A stretch of 64,000 bases of DNA from Roseibacillus sp. (GTDB taxonomy: Bacteria; Verrucomicrobiota; Verrucomicrobiia; Verrucomicrobiales; Akkermansiaceae): positions 1 through 64,000 of the forward strand of contig CBDEUM010000042.1 in the NCBI GenBank assembly GCA_965242925.1. Direction: 5' to 3'. Below, piece after piece: positions 55,373 to 64,000 of the stretch. Within the stretch, counting starts at the first letter, position 1; each line of letters opens with the position of its first letter. The notes below the pieces were generated by a model. The model saw nothing but the letters and a program-made list of their open reading frames with translations, was not told where the DNA came from and ran no database searches. The position numbers and the translations under genes were made by a program.

Positions 55373-56131
55373 GTGCGCCTTAAACTGACCATTGCCTACG
55401 ACGGATACCCGTTCGGCGGCTGGCAGCTTCAACCCAATACCGATACCATCCAGGAACGCTTGGAAACCGCCCTGGCCGAAATCGCCAAGGAGCCCTTGCG
55501 CATCCATGGCTCGGGCCGCACCGACTCAGGGGTGCATGCCGCTGGCCAGGTCGCTCACTTTGACCCTCCTGATGATCTCACCATGAATCCGGTCAACTGG
55601 GTGGCGGCCCTTAATACCAAGCTGCCAGCCACTATCCGGGTTTTGGAGTGCGAGGAAGTGCCGGATGCCTTTCACGCGCGCTTTTCGGCTCTCTCCAAGA
55701 CCTACCACTACGAACTCAGCACCGCTCCCATCCTGCCCCCTTTCCAGGCTGGCCGGGTCTGGCATCTCCCGCGCCAACTCGATCCCGCCACCCTTGAGGA
55801 CTCCCTCGCCCTCTTCCGTGGTCGCCACGATTTCCGGGCCTTTGCCGCCAACCGGGGCAACGAAACGGCAGAAACCGACTTCCAGCGGACTCTCCGTGAG
55901 ACTTCCCTCGCGCCGCTCCCGCAAGGCTACCTCCTCAGCTTCACCGGCGAAGGATTCCTCTACAAGATGGTCCGCCTCCTGACCGGAGCAGCTGTCCGGA
56001 CCGCCCAGGGATCCTTCAGACTCGACGACCTCGCGGCCCTGATCGACCAGTCACCCGATCTTCCCCGGAGCAAGTCGCCGCTTTGTGCTCCGCCCGATGG
56101 TCTGAGCCTGCATGAGGTCCATTACGGATAA
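55373..56131 (+). CDS. truA: tRNA pseudouridine(38-40) synthase
   Basis: IAYDG..F.GWQ, GSGRTDSGVHA..QVAHFD, FHARF, GRHDFRAF, FLYKMVR, APPDGL. Confidence 0.96.
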   Translation: MRLKLTIAYDGYPFGGWQLQPNTDTIQERLETALAEIAKEPLRIHGSGRTDSGVHAAGQVAHFDPPDDLTMNPVNWVAALNTKLPATIRVLECEEVPDAFHARFSALSKTYHYELSTAPILPPFQAGRVWHLPRQLDPATLEDSLALFRGRHDFRAFAANRGNETAETDFQRTLRETSLAPLPQGYLLSFTGEGFLYKMVRLLTGAAVRTAQGSFRLDDLAALIDQSPDLPRSKSPLCAPPDGLSLHEVHYG

Positions 56132-56308
56132 TTCTTCTCCCGGGCACTTTCGGGCTCTCTTCCTTGTTGGCATGCCGCCGAATCCAGGGGGTGCCGGACC
56201 GCTTGATTGCGACGTGAAGCGCTAGCGGCAAATGCGCAAGTTCTCTGCTGTGACATTCCCGGCGCCGAGGTTACCGGCAACTGATAATCTGGAGTGCTGG
56301 CCATGATG

Positions 56309-56336
56309 AAATGGCCCCTCTGAAGAGGGACCATTT
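56309..56336 (-). terminator. Hairpin downstream of the porin, possible terminator
   Basis: AAATGGCCCCTC-tgaa-GAGGGACCATTT; the one mismatch is a G-U pair on the minus strand. Confidence 0.55.
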
Positions 56337-56382
56337 GTTACGAGAACGGATCTGACTAAATCCGCAAATCGGTCCGCGAATC

Positions 56383-57594
56383 CTAGAAGTAGCTCCGGAA
56401 TGCCAACCACAGGGTGAGGGCGTCCACATCGCCTCCCGCCGTATCGAGGCGTTCCCATTCCACGCCGCTCATGATCTTGGCATTGTGGCCGCAGACGAAG
56501 TAGTTCAAACCTGCATAGAGGCTATGGTGCGCGTCCCCGCGCCCTCCGTTGACGTCAGCATCATGTTTGCGGCGAAGATAACGGGAGTTCGTTGCGATTC
56601 CCTCCGCTTCGTCGGATCCCTGATAGGAGTAGCGCACTACCGCCTCAAGCTTGTCCGCGATCAGGTCGCGGGATGCCATCGCAACAAATCCCCAGAAATC
56701 ACCGCCTCGCTCGCCTGTTCCGTCATCACCGTTATCCCCGATCGTTCCCTGAAGGAGGAGGTTCCAGTCATTCCGCTCGGTCAGGTAGGCCAGGGCAAGG
56801 GCCCAGTCATAAAGGCCAACTTCGTTGTCCGCGGTGCCGTAGGCATCGTTGTGCAGGAAATCAGCGATCAGTTTGTCCCCGTTGCCGAGTTCAAGTGCAC
56901 CACTGGCATACAAGGCGAGGCCTCCGGTATCGCGGGCAAGCTCCGGGGTGGACTCCGTGCTGAACACTCCGAATATTCCCGTGAAGTTTCCCTTGGCCTT
57001 CTTAGCCGTGATCCCTGTCAGGCGACTGGGATAAACCTTGTTAGCAACCGCAGAGCGCTCGACGGTCTTGATCTTTTTCGAGGACGTATGAACCTCATGA
57101 CTCATGGTCACCTTGTGGCGGCCTACGCTGACATTGACTCCGTCGAGAGCACCTGCCCCGAGCAGAGCCCCCGCATCAAAGGAGACCAGGGCAACATCCA
57201 GGCTATGATACCCATAATCGCGGGATCCTCCTTTAGGTCTGCTGTCCTTGATGAAATTGGCATTCGCCTTGACCTTGAAGTGCTTCAAGACCTGCAACTG
57301 GGCACCCAGGCGCAGGCGCCGCACCTCGTCGAAGGTCTCGGAGTCGTCAACACCACCGACCCCATCCACATCGGTGGAGGCGAATTGCACCTGGGCCCGG
57401 CCGAAAATCTTCATGGCCTGGATCAGCATGGCGTCATCATTCGAGTAGAGCGGGGCACCCAAATCCTCGGTAAGAAGTCGGCACCAATCTCCGCCACCGT
57501 TGTCCTGGGGATTGTTGTCTCCAGCCAGCACTGCTCCCCCGGCAGCTGTCAGCCCAACCACGGTCATCGCTATTCGCTTATTCTTCTTCATCAT
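56383..57594 (-). CDS. Outer-membrane porin, OprO/OprP (phosphate-selective)-like
   Basis: Signal peptide, GRAQVQF, EVRRLRLG, SSKKIKTVERS, YAGLNYF..GHNAK, terminal Phe (FRSYF). Confidence 0.8.
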   Translation of the reverse strand: MMKKNKRIAMTVVGLTAAGGAVLAGDNNPQDNGGGDWCRLLTEDLGAPLYSNDDAMLIQAMKIFGRAQVQFASTDVDGVGGVDDSETFDEVRRLRLGAQLQVLKHFKVKANANFIKDSRPKGGSRDYGYHSLDVALVSFDAGALLGAGALDGVNVSVGRHKVTMSHEVHTSSKKIKTVERSAVANKVYPSRLTGITAKKAKGNFTGIFGVFSTESTPELARDTGGLALYASGALELGNGDKLIADFLHNDAYGTADNEVGLYDWALALAYLTERNDWNLLLQGTIGDNGDDGTGERGGDFWGFVAMASRDLIADKLEAVVRYSYQGSDEAEGIATNSRYLRRKHDADVNGGRGDAHHSLYAGLNYFVCGHNAKIMSGVEWERLDTAGGDVDALTLWLAFRSYF

Positions 57595-57656
57595 GCTCAA
57601 TCGCTAACGCGGCGCTAACTTAGTTGGCACGTTAAGATATGCTAAGCACAAATCGG

Positions 57657-57680
57657 AAATGTGACGATATCGTAACATTT
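57657..57680. promoter_or_regulatory. 24-bp near-perfect palindrome / Pho-box-like repeat upstream of the porin
   Basis: AAATGTGACGATATCGTAACATTT; minus strand reads GTTAC-gatatc-GTCAC (11-bp period). Confidence 0.6.
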
Positions 57681-57839
57681 TTGACTATTCGCGCGTCGTG
57701 AGTCCCTTCCGCAAGCTGTCCCGGAGATACGCCCTGCCTGAGTCATGGACAGCGTCACTCAGCGCCGATAGATGCAACACACGGATATAAGCGGTTACAG
57801 GTCTCATGTGACCCTCCCTTCACGGCCCTGAAGCAATCC

Positions 57840-60683
57840 CTACTTTACTTCAATCCGGTATGCCCCGGATTTGACCAGGTTGAGAGTAATACGTCCCTTC
57901 TTTTCCCTCTGGACGAATCCGCCCTCAAACCGGTGGTCTTCTCCGGGAGCCTTGCCGTCGATGCGAACGCTGGCCTCGGGGCCCGCTGGAAGCCGGACGG
58001 TAGCCGTGGTCTGGACAGGAATGTCACACTCGTAGAGGAGACTGCCATCCTCCCGGCGTTTCCAGTGAACGTCGATGGGCCCGCGACAGGAGCTGTAATG
58101 AGCCTTGACCCAGCTAATGGAAGCGGCCCCGGCCTGTCGCTCCGGAATCCAGGGCTCCAGGCGAATCCGTTGGAATCCGGGAATGGTCGTATCAATCCCG
58201 GCCACCTTGGACATCAGCCACCCGCTCACCGCACCAAAGCTCTGATCCAGTCCGGGATCCTGGGCCCGGCGTTTTTTCCCGGTTGGCCCCCAGGTGCTCC
58301 GCAACGTTGTTGCCCCCTGGTCGATCCCGTAACCCCAGGAGGGATACTTTGGGGTTTGCAGGAGCCTGAGAGCGACCTTGTGGTTGCCGGTCCAGGTCAG
58401 CACCGGCAGGAGAGATCTCGTTCCGAGGGCCCCGCTCGTCATGCCGCTGCTGGCAGGGCCTTCCTTTGCAGCCAGAAGGGCAAGGAGGTTTTCAATAACC
58501 TTGGTCTTTGACGCGTCGGTCAGCAATCCGAAGCGCAGCGCCATTACCTGAGCGGTCTGGGATTTCACCTTCAGGCTTCCATCCTCATTCACAAAATTCT
58601 TCCGGAACTCTGCCTGCAGTTCGACGAAGGTCCTGTTATAGGTCAGATGATTGATGGGATTGCCCGCCACGCGGGACATTTCCGCCATGAGCCGGAAATC
58701 GAGGGCGAGCATGGCCAGGTCAATGAACCTTGAAGGAGTGGGGTCGTTGAGGTTCAGACGGTCACCTCGACTCGTTCCAAACACTCTCCCGCGTCCCATG
58801 CGATGCGCATCCTGGCGGGCCTGGAGATATTTTTTCATCGCCGTCCAGTTCTCTTTCACCACCTCTTCATCGCCATACATCCACCAATGATCAAAAACCG
58901 CCAGGATCCCGGCATCAGAAAACCCTGCCCCGTAAGAGAGCCGATCCTCAGCAAAGGGGAAAGGGGCATGCCTGCGGTAGTAGCCCTGCCTGTCCCGGGC
59001 TCCCTGTAATTCCCTGAACCACTTCCGCAGGAAGGCTGCGTTGTCCGTGTGATAACAGGCGGATTTCGCAAAGAGCTGGACCGCTCCCAGGTCTCCCATG
59101 CGCTCGTTAACCAGCTCGGAGCTCGCGGGAAGGTCGATCCAGTTGGCACGTTGGGTCCAGACACAGTTTCGAAAAATCCGGTTCACCCGCTCGTCACTGC
59201 ATTCAAACCTGCTGGTAAGAGGCGTGTCGCTGTGGATGACCAGTCCCTGGAGAAGATCCGGCCCAGGCTTTCCGGGGAGTCCCTCCACCTCGGCAAAACG
59301 GAAGGTGTGAATCGTAAAACGCGGGGTCCAGCTCTCGGCAGTAGCACCCTTGCACACGTAGGTGTCGGTGGCGGTGGCATCCCGTTGACGATTCAGGGAA
59401 AGATCACCGGCCTCCACCCCATAGCGAAGGGTGATCTTCCGGCCCTTCTCCATGCCCTTGACCTGCAGCCGGACATTGCCGGTGAAGTTCTGGCCGAAAT
59501 CAAAGAGATAGCACCCGGGCCGGGAATTCGTGACGGTGACCGTGACGGGCTTTCTCTTCTCGACCACCCGGACAGGCGGTGCCGGGTAGCCTTCCAGGGT
59601 CCGTGGTTTCACGAAGCCGATTTCTGCCGTCCGCCGTCCGGTGCGATCCTGGAAAGGAGTCTTCACCGGCTTGCTGGAGGAGGCCTCTATCGCCTGTTCC
59701 CAAGCCTGATCATCGTAGCCGGTCGCCGACCAGCCCTTGAGTTCTTTGTTGGCGTCGTAGCCCTCACCCATGAGCAGATCCGCCTCAAACTCCGGCCCGG
59801 TGGTCACTTTCCAGGTCAGGTCACTGGTCACGATGCTTCCGGTCCCGTCGGCGAACTCAAGGTGGAGCTGCGCCAGAAGGGCCGGCGTCTTGCCATAGAT
59901 GTTGCGCCCGGTTCCGAAAGGACCAAACTTCTTCCGCTTTCCCGATCCGACGTAGCCGGCATACCAGCCGTCCGCCACAATCGCACCGAGACAGTTTTCT
60001 CCCTCCCGTATCTGCGAGGTGACATCGTAGCTGTGATAGTAGGTGCGCTGAGAATAGTCGCTCCACCCGGGCGCCAGATAGCCATCCCCTACCTTTTTCC
60101 CGTTAAGTTGGAGCTCGAAGATTCCCAATGCGCTTACATGAACCTGGGCGCGCACGATCTTCTTCTCCGCCGCAAAGGTCTTCCGATAGTAACGGGGCGG
60201 AGGAAGGTGGAGCTGAAGGGGATTTCGATGCAGAGGTTGTCCATCCTTGAAGGCAATCCACTTGGCCTTCCAGTTCCCGGCGCCAAGAAGGCCCATCGTG
60301 AAATGACCGCTCTCGCTCCAGGGGGAGGCGACATCCTTCTCGTCCCAGACCTGAATCTTCCAGAAGACCCGCTGCCCGGACTGGAGGGGCTTTTCCCCCT
60401 TATAGAAAATGAGGTAGTTGCTGGAACTCCTTGTCTTACCCGTATCCCACAAGTCGCCCTCATGGCGGGCCAGGGTGGCCTCGGAGCTGGCTGCCAGGAT
60501 ACGGTAGGCCTGCTGGGATTTCCCTTTCCCCTCCGTCCTTAAAAGCCAGCTCAAGCGGGGGACCTCCGCGTGCAGACCGGTTGGGTTCACCCGGTGCTCA
60601 CAGGTCAGATTCGTTACGACCAGATTCTCGCCAAGAAGCGGGAGGATCAGCAGGACGTTGAGGAGGAGGATTGGTGCTCTCAT
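57840..60683 (-). CDS. GH78 alpha-L-rhamnosidase-like protein with degenerate catalytic motifs
   Basis: PRLSW, LWDTGK, SALGIFE..LNG, LAPGWSDY, DFGQNFTG, PRFT.H.FRF, SQTA, YPSWGY..QGATT, PGF..I.LEP give the GH78 architecture. Confidence 0.85.
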   Translation of the reverse strand: MRAPILLLNVLLILPLLGENLVVTNLTCEHRVNPTGLHAEVPRLSWLLRTEGKGKSQQAYRILAASSEATLARHEGDLWDTGKTRSSSNYLIFYKGEKPLQSGQRVFWKIQVWDEKDVASPWSESGHFTMGLLGAGNWKAKWIAFKDGQPLHRNPLQLHLPPPRYYRKTFAAEKKIVRAQVHVSALGIFELQLNGKKVGDGYLAPGWSDYSQRTYYHSYDVTSQIREGENCLGAIVADGWYAGYVGSGKRKKFGPFGTGRNIYGKTPALLAQLHLEFADGTGSIVTSDLTWKVTTGPEFEADLLMGEGYDANKELKGWSATGYDDQAWEQAIEASSSKPVKTPFQDRTGRRTAEIGFVKPRTLEGYPAPPVRVVEKRKPVTVTVTNSRPGCYLFDFGQNFTGNVRLQVKGMEKGRKITLRYGVEAGDLSLNRQRDATATDTYVCKGATAESWTPRFTIHTFRFAEVEGLPGKPGPDLLQGLVIHSDTPLTSRFECSDERVNRIFRNCVWTQRANWIDLPASSELVNERMGDLGAVQLFAKSACYHTDNAAFLRKWFRELQGARDRQGYYRRHAPFPFAEDRLSYGAGFSDAGILAVFDHWWMYGDEEVVKENWTAMKKYLQARQDAHRMGRGRVFGTSRGDRLNLNDPTPSRFIDLAMLALDFRLMAEMSRVAGNPINHLTYNRTFVELQAEFRKNFVNEDGSLKVKSQTAQVMALRFGLLTDASKTKVIENLLALLAAKEGPASSGMTSGALGTRSLLPVLTWTGNHKVALRLLQTPKYPSWGYGIDQGATTLRSTWGPTGKKRRAQDPGLDQSFGAVSGWLMSKVAGIDTTIPGFQRIRLEPWIPERQAGAASISWVKAHYSSCRGPIDVHWKRREDGSLLYECDIPVQTTATVRLPAGPEASVRIDGKAPGEDHRFEGGFVQREKKGRITLNLVKSGAYRIEVK

Positions 60684-60796
60684 GCTATGGAGGCAATGAC
60701 GCCGGTGCGCGAGCTAGGGAACAGCAGGTTTCATTGATGGGCAAGAACGTCCTGCCTCCTGAGGCCCGGACCGGATTCTCCCGGTGCCGCCCCGGC

Positions 60797-60829
60797 AAAA
60801 AAAACCTGCCGGTCTTTCGACCGGCAGGT
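60797..60829 (-). terminator. Intrinsic terminator after the PEP-CTERM gene
   Basis: 11-bp perfect stem ACCTGCCGGTC, GAAA loop and U-tract on the minus strand. Confidence 0.92.
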
Positions 60830-60868
60830 AAAAAACGACTAGTATCTGGTTCTGAGAACCTTCGCGCC

Positions 60869-61477
60869 TTAGCGCCTGCGGCGAATCAGGAGCGACAGCC
60901 CAGCGAGGCCAATAAGAAGGCTGCTGGAAGGCTCCGGGACGAGTGGGACAAGGGCAAGGGCCGCATTCTGGCTAGGAATAGGTCCTGGCTGGAGCGTGAA
61001 GGTATCAAAATCGCCAAGAAGAACCTCAGCGGTGTTATTGACGTTCACGGTCTGCACTGCAGGCTCGGAACCGGGAAAGTTCCCAACTCTGAGCACAGCT
61101 GCCTGGGTGGAGCTTGCCAGATCACCACCGTTCCCGAGAACGAGGTAAATAGGAGCTCCGGCCCATGCGGTGCCTGTAATGTCGCTTCCATTGTTGGAGA
61201 TACTGTAGGTCCCGGCGAACGGTGCTGCGGTAATTGCTCCACTGGCACCGTCATAAACGGTGAAAAGGTCGGCAAGGCCGGCCGAAGTGAGAGTGTTGAG
61301 TGCGCTTGCATCGGAAATGCTTCCGATGGCAGCGAACCCGCCGTCAACAGCGGCCCCGGTATTGTCAACGACCGACTGGGTATTCACCGGCCCTGCGTTG
61401 TTTGTCACCGTGACGCTGGCGCCAAAGGCGGAGACAGACGTCAGGGCGATAATAGATACTACGTGCTTCAGTTTCAT
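60869..61477 (-). CDS. PEP-CTERM sorting domain protein
   Basis: Signal peptide MKLKHVVSIIALT..; C-terminal VPEPSSSLLIGLAGLSLLIRRRR. Confidence 0.92.
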   Translation of the reverse strand: MKLKHVVSIIALTSVSAFGASVTVTNNAGPVNTQSVVDNTGAAVDGGFAAIGSISDASALNTLTSAGLADLFTVYDGASGAITAAPFAGTYSISNNGSDITGTAWAGAPIYLVLGNGGDLASSTQAAVLRVGNFPGSEPAVQTVNVNNTAEVLLGDFDTFTLQPGPIPSQNAALALVPLVPEPSSSLLIGLAGLSLLIRRRR

Positions 61478-61565
61478 AGTGGTGTGTAATGAGTGATTGG
61501 TAAGGGAAGGGTTTCCGGTGAGCAGCGGGGGGCAACCCCTCAGTGCTCGCCAGGAAAGTCCCAAA

Positions 61566-62573
61566 TTAAAGATCCTCGTAATACGCCGGCGGGGTAACAG
61601 GTGCATTGAAATCTGCACCAGTGCCATTCTGGCTGATGATGATGCCCGAGGTCAGTTCGACGTCCGTACCACTGGCGAAGGTGGCGGAGTTAAGCCATCC
61701 ATCGAACCCGGCGAGGGTCGAGTAGAAGTACTGGTCATATCCGCTGGCGTCTGCCTTGGGGAGATAAACCGTGTCAGCCTCGGTGGGGTCTGCGGCGGCG
61801 GAACCCGTCACGCTGTTGGCAAGACCACTGTTGCCGAGGGTGGAACCCACGGGGTAGGCGGTGCCAAGGTAGGTGAAGGCCTCGCTGACGGGGAGGTTCG
61901 TGCTCGTGGTCTTGACCATTCCGGTCACGACCAGCGAGATGTCCTGGGCTCCCTTCTCGTTGACGATGATTCCGTCAACATAGTTGAGGGGCAGGCCACT
62001 GGCATCAGCGAAGGTGGATGCATCCAACCAGCCGTCAAAGCCGGCGAGGGTGGAGTAGAAGACCTGGGTGAAGCCCGCTCCGTTCGGAACGTAGATGGTG
62101 CTTGCCTCGGTGGGGTCGGCGGCGGCGGAACCTGTGAGGCCCGCGGAGTTGTCGGCACCGAAGATGTCAGCAATCGTCTTGGCCGCGCGGATGGTGTAAT
62201 CCGTTGCATCGGCAGCCGCGACACCGGCGAGACCGGTCAGGTCGTTGTTGCTCCAGCTGTCCACTTCAATGACGGTGCCTTCGGAAGCCGTGGCGCCGGT
62301 AATCTCGACGAGGTAACGGGCTCCTGCGGTGAGGACGTCGGTAAAGTTGACATCGGCATCGCTCAGGCTTGTCGCGGTCTGGGAATCAAATGTTCCAGAA
62401 ACCACTTGGGGTTCATGGAGACGAATTCCGAGGACATTGAATTTGCCTGCGTTGATCGTGAGGGTTTCGTAACCGCCTGCGCCTGATACTGCCTCCTGCG
62501 AGAGGGCAGTGCCGGAGAGGAAGCTAAGCGAACCGGCAGCGAGTGCCGCTTTCTTTAGTGTCGTTGCTTTCAT
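61566..62573 (-). CDS. Secreted verrucomicrobial TIGR02597-like protein with internal duplication
   Basis: Signal peptide, GGYETLTI, YLVEITG...EG, TIADIFG, YPVGSTL..SGL; repeated TGSAAADPTEA and FYSTLAGFDGWL. Confidence 0.7.
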   Translation of the reverse strand: MKATTLKKAALAAGSLSFLSGTALSQEAVSGAGGYETLTINAGKFNVLGIRLHEPQVVSGTFDSQTATSLSDADVNFTDVLTAGARYLVEITGATASEGTVIEVDSWSNNDLTGLAGVAAADATDYTIRAAKTIADIFGADNSAGLTGSAAADPTEASTIYVPNGAGFTQVFYSTLAGFDGWLDASTFADASGLPLNYVDGIIVNEKGAQDISLVVTGMVKTTSTNLPVSEAFTYLGTAYPVGSTLGNSGLANSVTGSAAADPTEADTVYLPKADASGYDQYFYSTLAGFDGWLNSATFASGTDVELTSGIIISQNGTGADFNAPVTPPAYYEDL

Positions 62574-62913
62574 GGCTATTGGATGACTTTGATATAGGTC
62601 GTTTTTGTTTTTAGGGGTGTGTTCTCAGTTTCCGCAGGCAATCCACCTGCAAAATAGCTACCGTAGGGGTAGCCGGTCAATTTTTTTTTAAGAGATTGGG
62701 GAAAAAACAAATTAGTGAATCCGAAGGATTTTGGCGTCCGTTAATGTCCTCTATTCCAGCCAATTACAACTTATCACGGTCTTAAAAATTTCTTTGGTAA
62801 ATACCCCAAAAGGCAATTTGTCGAACCTGTCACCCCGGATTGAGGCCGGAATGCACCAATTCCGATGGTTTTCTGGCCCATGGAGTGCCTCCCCGAGACC
62901 TCTGCAAACAAGT

Positions 62914-63849
62914 TTACCAGCAGCTCATCTCACGGAATATTTCCAACCGTTCAAGGAGCTCCAACTCAGAGAGCTCTTCGATCCTCCGGGTTGAGAAGGC
63001 CTCACAGGTGAAGGAGGCCATCACGGTGCCCCGCACCACCGCTTCCCGAATCTGCTCGAAGCGGTAGTCGGTGGTCCCGAGGGAGGCGAGATATCCCGCC
63101 ATGGCGCCAAGAAAGGTGTCGCCGGCACCGGTCGGGTCGGCCACCTCAGAGAGAGGGAAGGCCCCGCAGCGAAACAGGCCATGATTACATTCCGGGGGGG
63201 CGAAGAGAATGGCCCCGAACTCGCCCAGTTTGATAACCACGTATTCTGGACCCTTTGCTCGCAGGAGATTCCCTGCGGTCACCAGGTTGGTGGACCCGGC
63301 ATACTCACGGGCTTCGGTTTCGTTGATGACCAGAAGGTCAATTCTGGCGAGAACCTCCTCAAGTTCCTTGCGGGCGATCTCGATCCAGAGGTCCATGGTA
63401 TCTGCCAGCACGAAGCGGCCGGGGCCCGTGCATTGAGCCAGCATTTCCAGCTGGTTGGCCGGCGCCATGTTGGCCAGCACCACTACCGGGGAAGCGGCCA
63501 ACTCGGAAGAGAGGCTGACCTTCCAGTTCTGCAGGACATTGACCGCCACGTTGTGGGTGGTGCGGTCGTTCATGTTCTGGTGATACTCCCCACTCCACGT
63601 GAAAGAGGCGCCGTCGGACCGGTCCACTCCCCCGAGATTGACTCCATGCCGTTCGAGCATGGCGAGATGCTCAGGCGGATAGTCGCTGCCTACGACCCCG
63701 ACAAGATGAACCGGATCGGTAAAGTAACTGGCAGCCAGGGAAGCGTAGGAAGCCGATCCCCCAAGAAGATTTGTCGCTTCATCAGTGGGCGTCTTGACAT
63801 TGTCGATCGCAATGGAGCCACCGACCAGGAGAGGGAGGGTATCGGACAT
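62914..63849 (-). CDS. PfkB family carbohydrate/nucleoside kinase
   Basis: GSIAID, LGGSASY, INETEA, IKLGEFGA, DPTGAGDTFLG. Confidence 0.93.
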   Translation of the reverse strand: MSDTLPLLVGGSIAIDNVKTPTDEATNLLGGSASYASLAASYFTDPVHLVGVVGSDYPPEHLAMLERHGVNLGGVDRSDGASFTWSGEYHQNMNDRTTHNVAVNVLQNWKVSLSSELAASPVVVLANMAPANQLEMLAQCTGPGRFVLADTMDLWIEIARKELEEVLARIDLLVINETEAREYAGSTNLVTAGNLLRAKGPEYVVIKLGEFGAILFAPPECNHGLFRCGAFPLSEVADPTGAGDTFLGAMAGYLASLGTTDYRFEQIREAVVRGTVMASFTCEAFSTRRIEELSELELLERLEIFREMSCW

Positions 63850-64000
63850 GACCACGGAGTTCGGACTCAATCCCGCGAAGATTCAAGCCCGATATTTCCC
63901 GCCGGAACCCCGGGGGTTTGCTCCCCGAGTCGCTCCCGTAGCCCGCGACAGCACTCCGCAATATCGGGCGCCTGCAGGAGACCGGAAACGATGACCACGC

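Noticed and set aside
57770..57799. Minus-strand TGTAACC upstream of the porin
   Set aside because: Followed by TGCA rather than CGTC at the -10 position; not counted as part of the regulon.
1..64000. CRISPR arrays, tRNA/rRNA genes, transposases, integrases, defence systems
   Set aside because: All repeats seen are spacer-less tandem repeats; no cloverleaf, rRNA or mobile-element motifs were recognised by eye.

Overview
GC-rich bacterial window that looks like a PVC-superphylum genome, most likely Verrucomicrobiota. The taxonomy is inferred from PEP-CTERM proteins, a TIGR02597-like protein, planctomycete-type cytochrome c/DUF1553-DUF1501 and DUF1592-DUF1552 pairs, PVC-type heme proteins and sulfatases. 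About 45 genes are present: carbohydrate/sulfate catabolism, metY, a partial sugar ABC system, an 8-gene MoxR-DUF58-vWA-prenyltransferase operon, ispG-clpS, truA, a porin, a GH78-like protein and a PfkB kinase. I saw no rRNA, tRNA, CRISPR array or mobile element. Main observations: (1) an ECF sigma/anti-sigma locus followed by three identically spaced TGTAACCAT-N14-CGTC promoter motifs in front of a membrane-anchored protein and two duplicated secreted EF-hand proteins, suggesting a self-contained metal/Ca or envelope-sensing regulon; (2) a sugar-binding lipoprotein that appears circularly permuted; (3) a GH78 protein with an eroded active site; (4) a candidate ~145-nt structured ncRNA; (5) a palindrome/Pho-box-like site before the porin; (6) four genes broken by small frameshifts, probably assembly errors. 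Family names come from motif recognition, not database searches.
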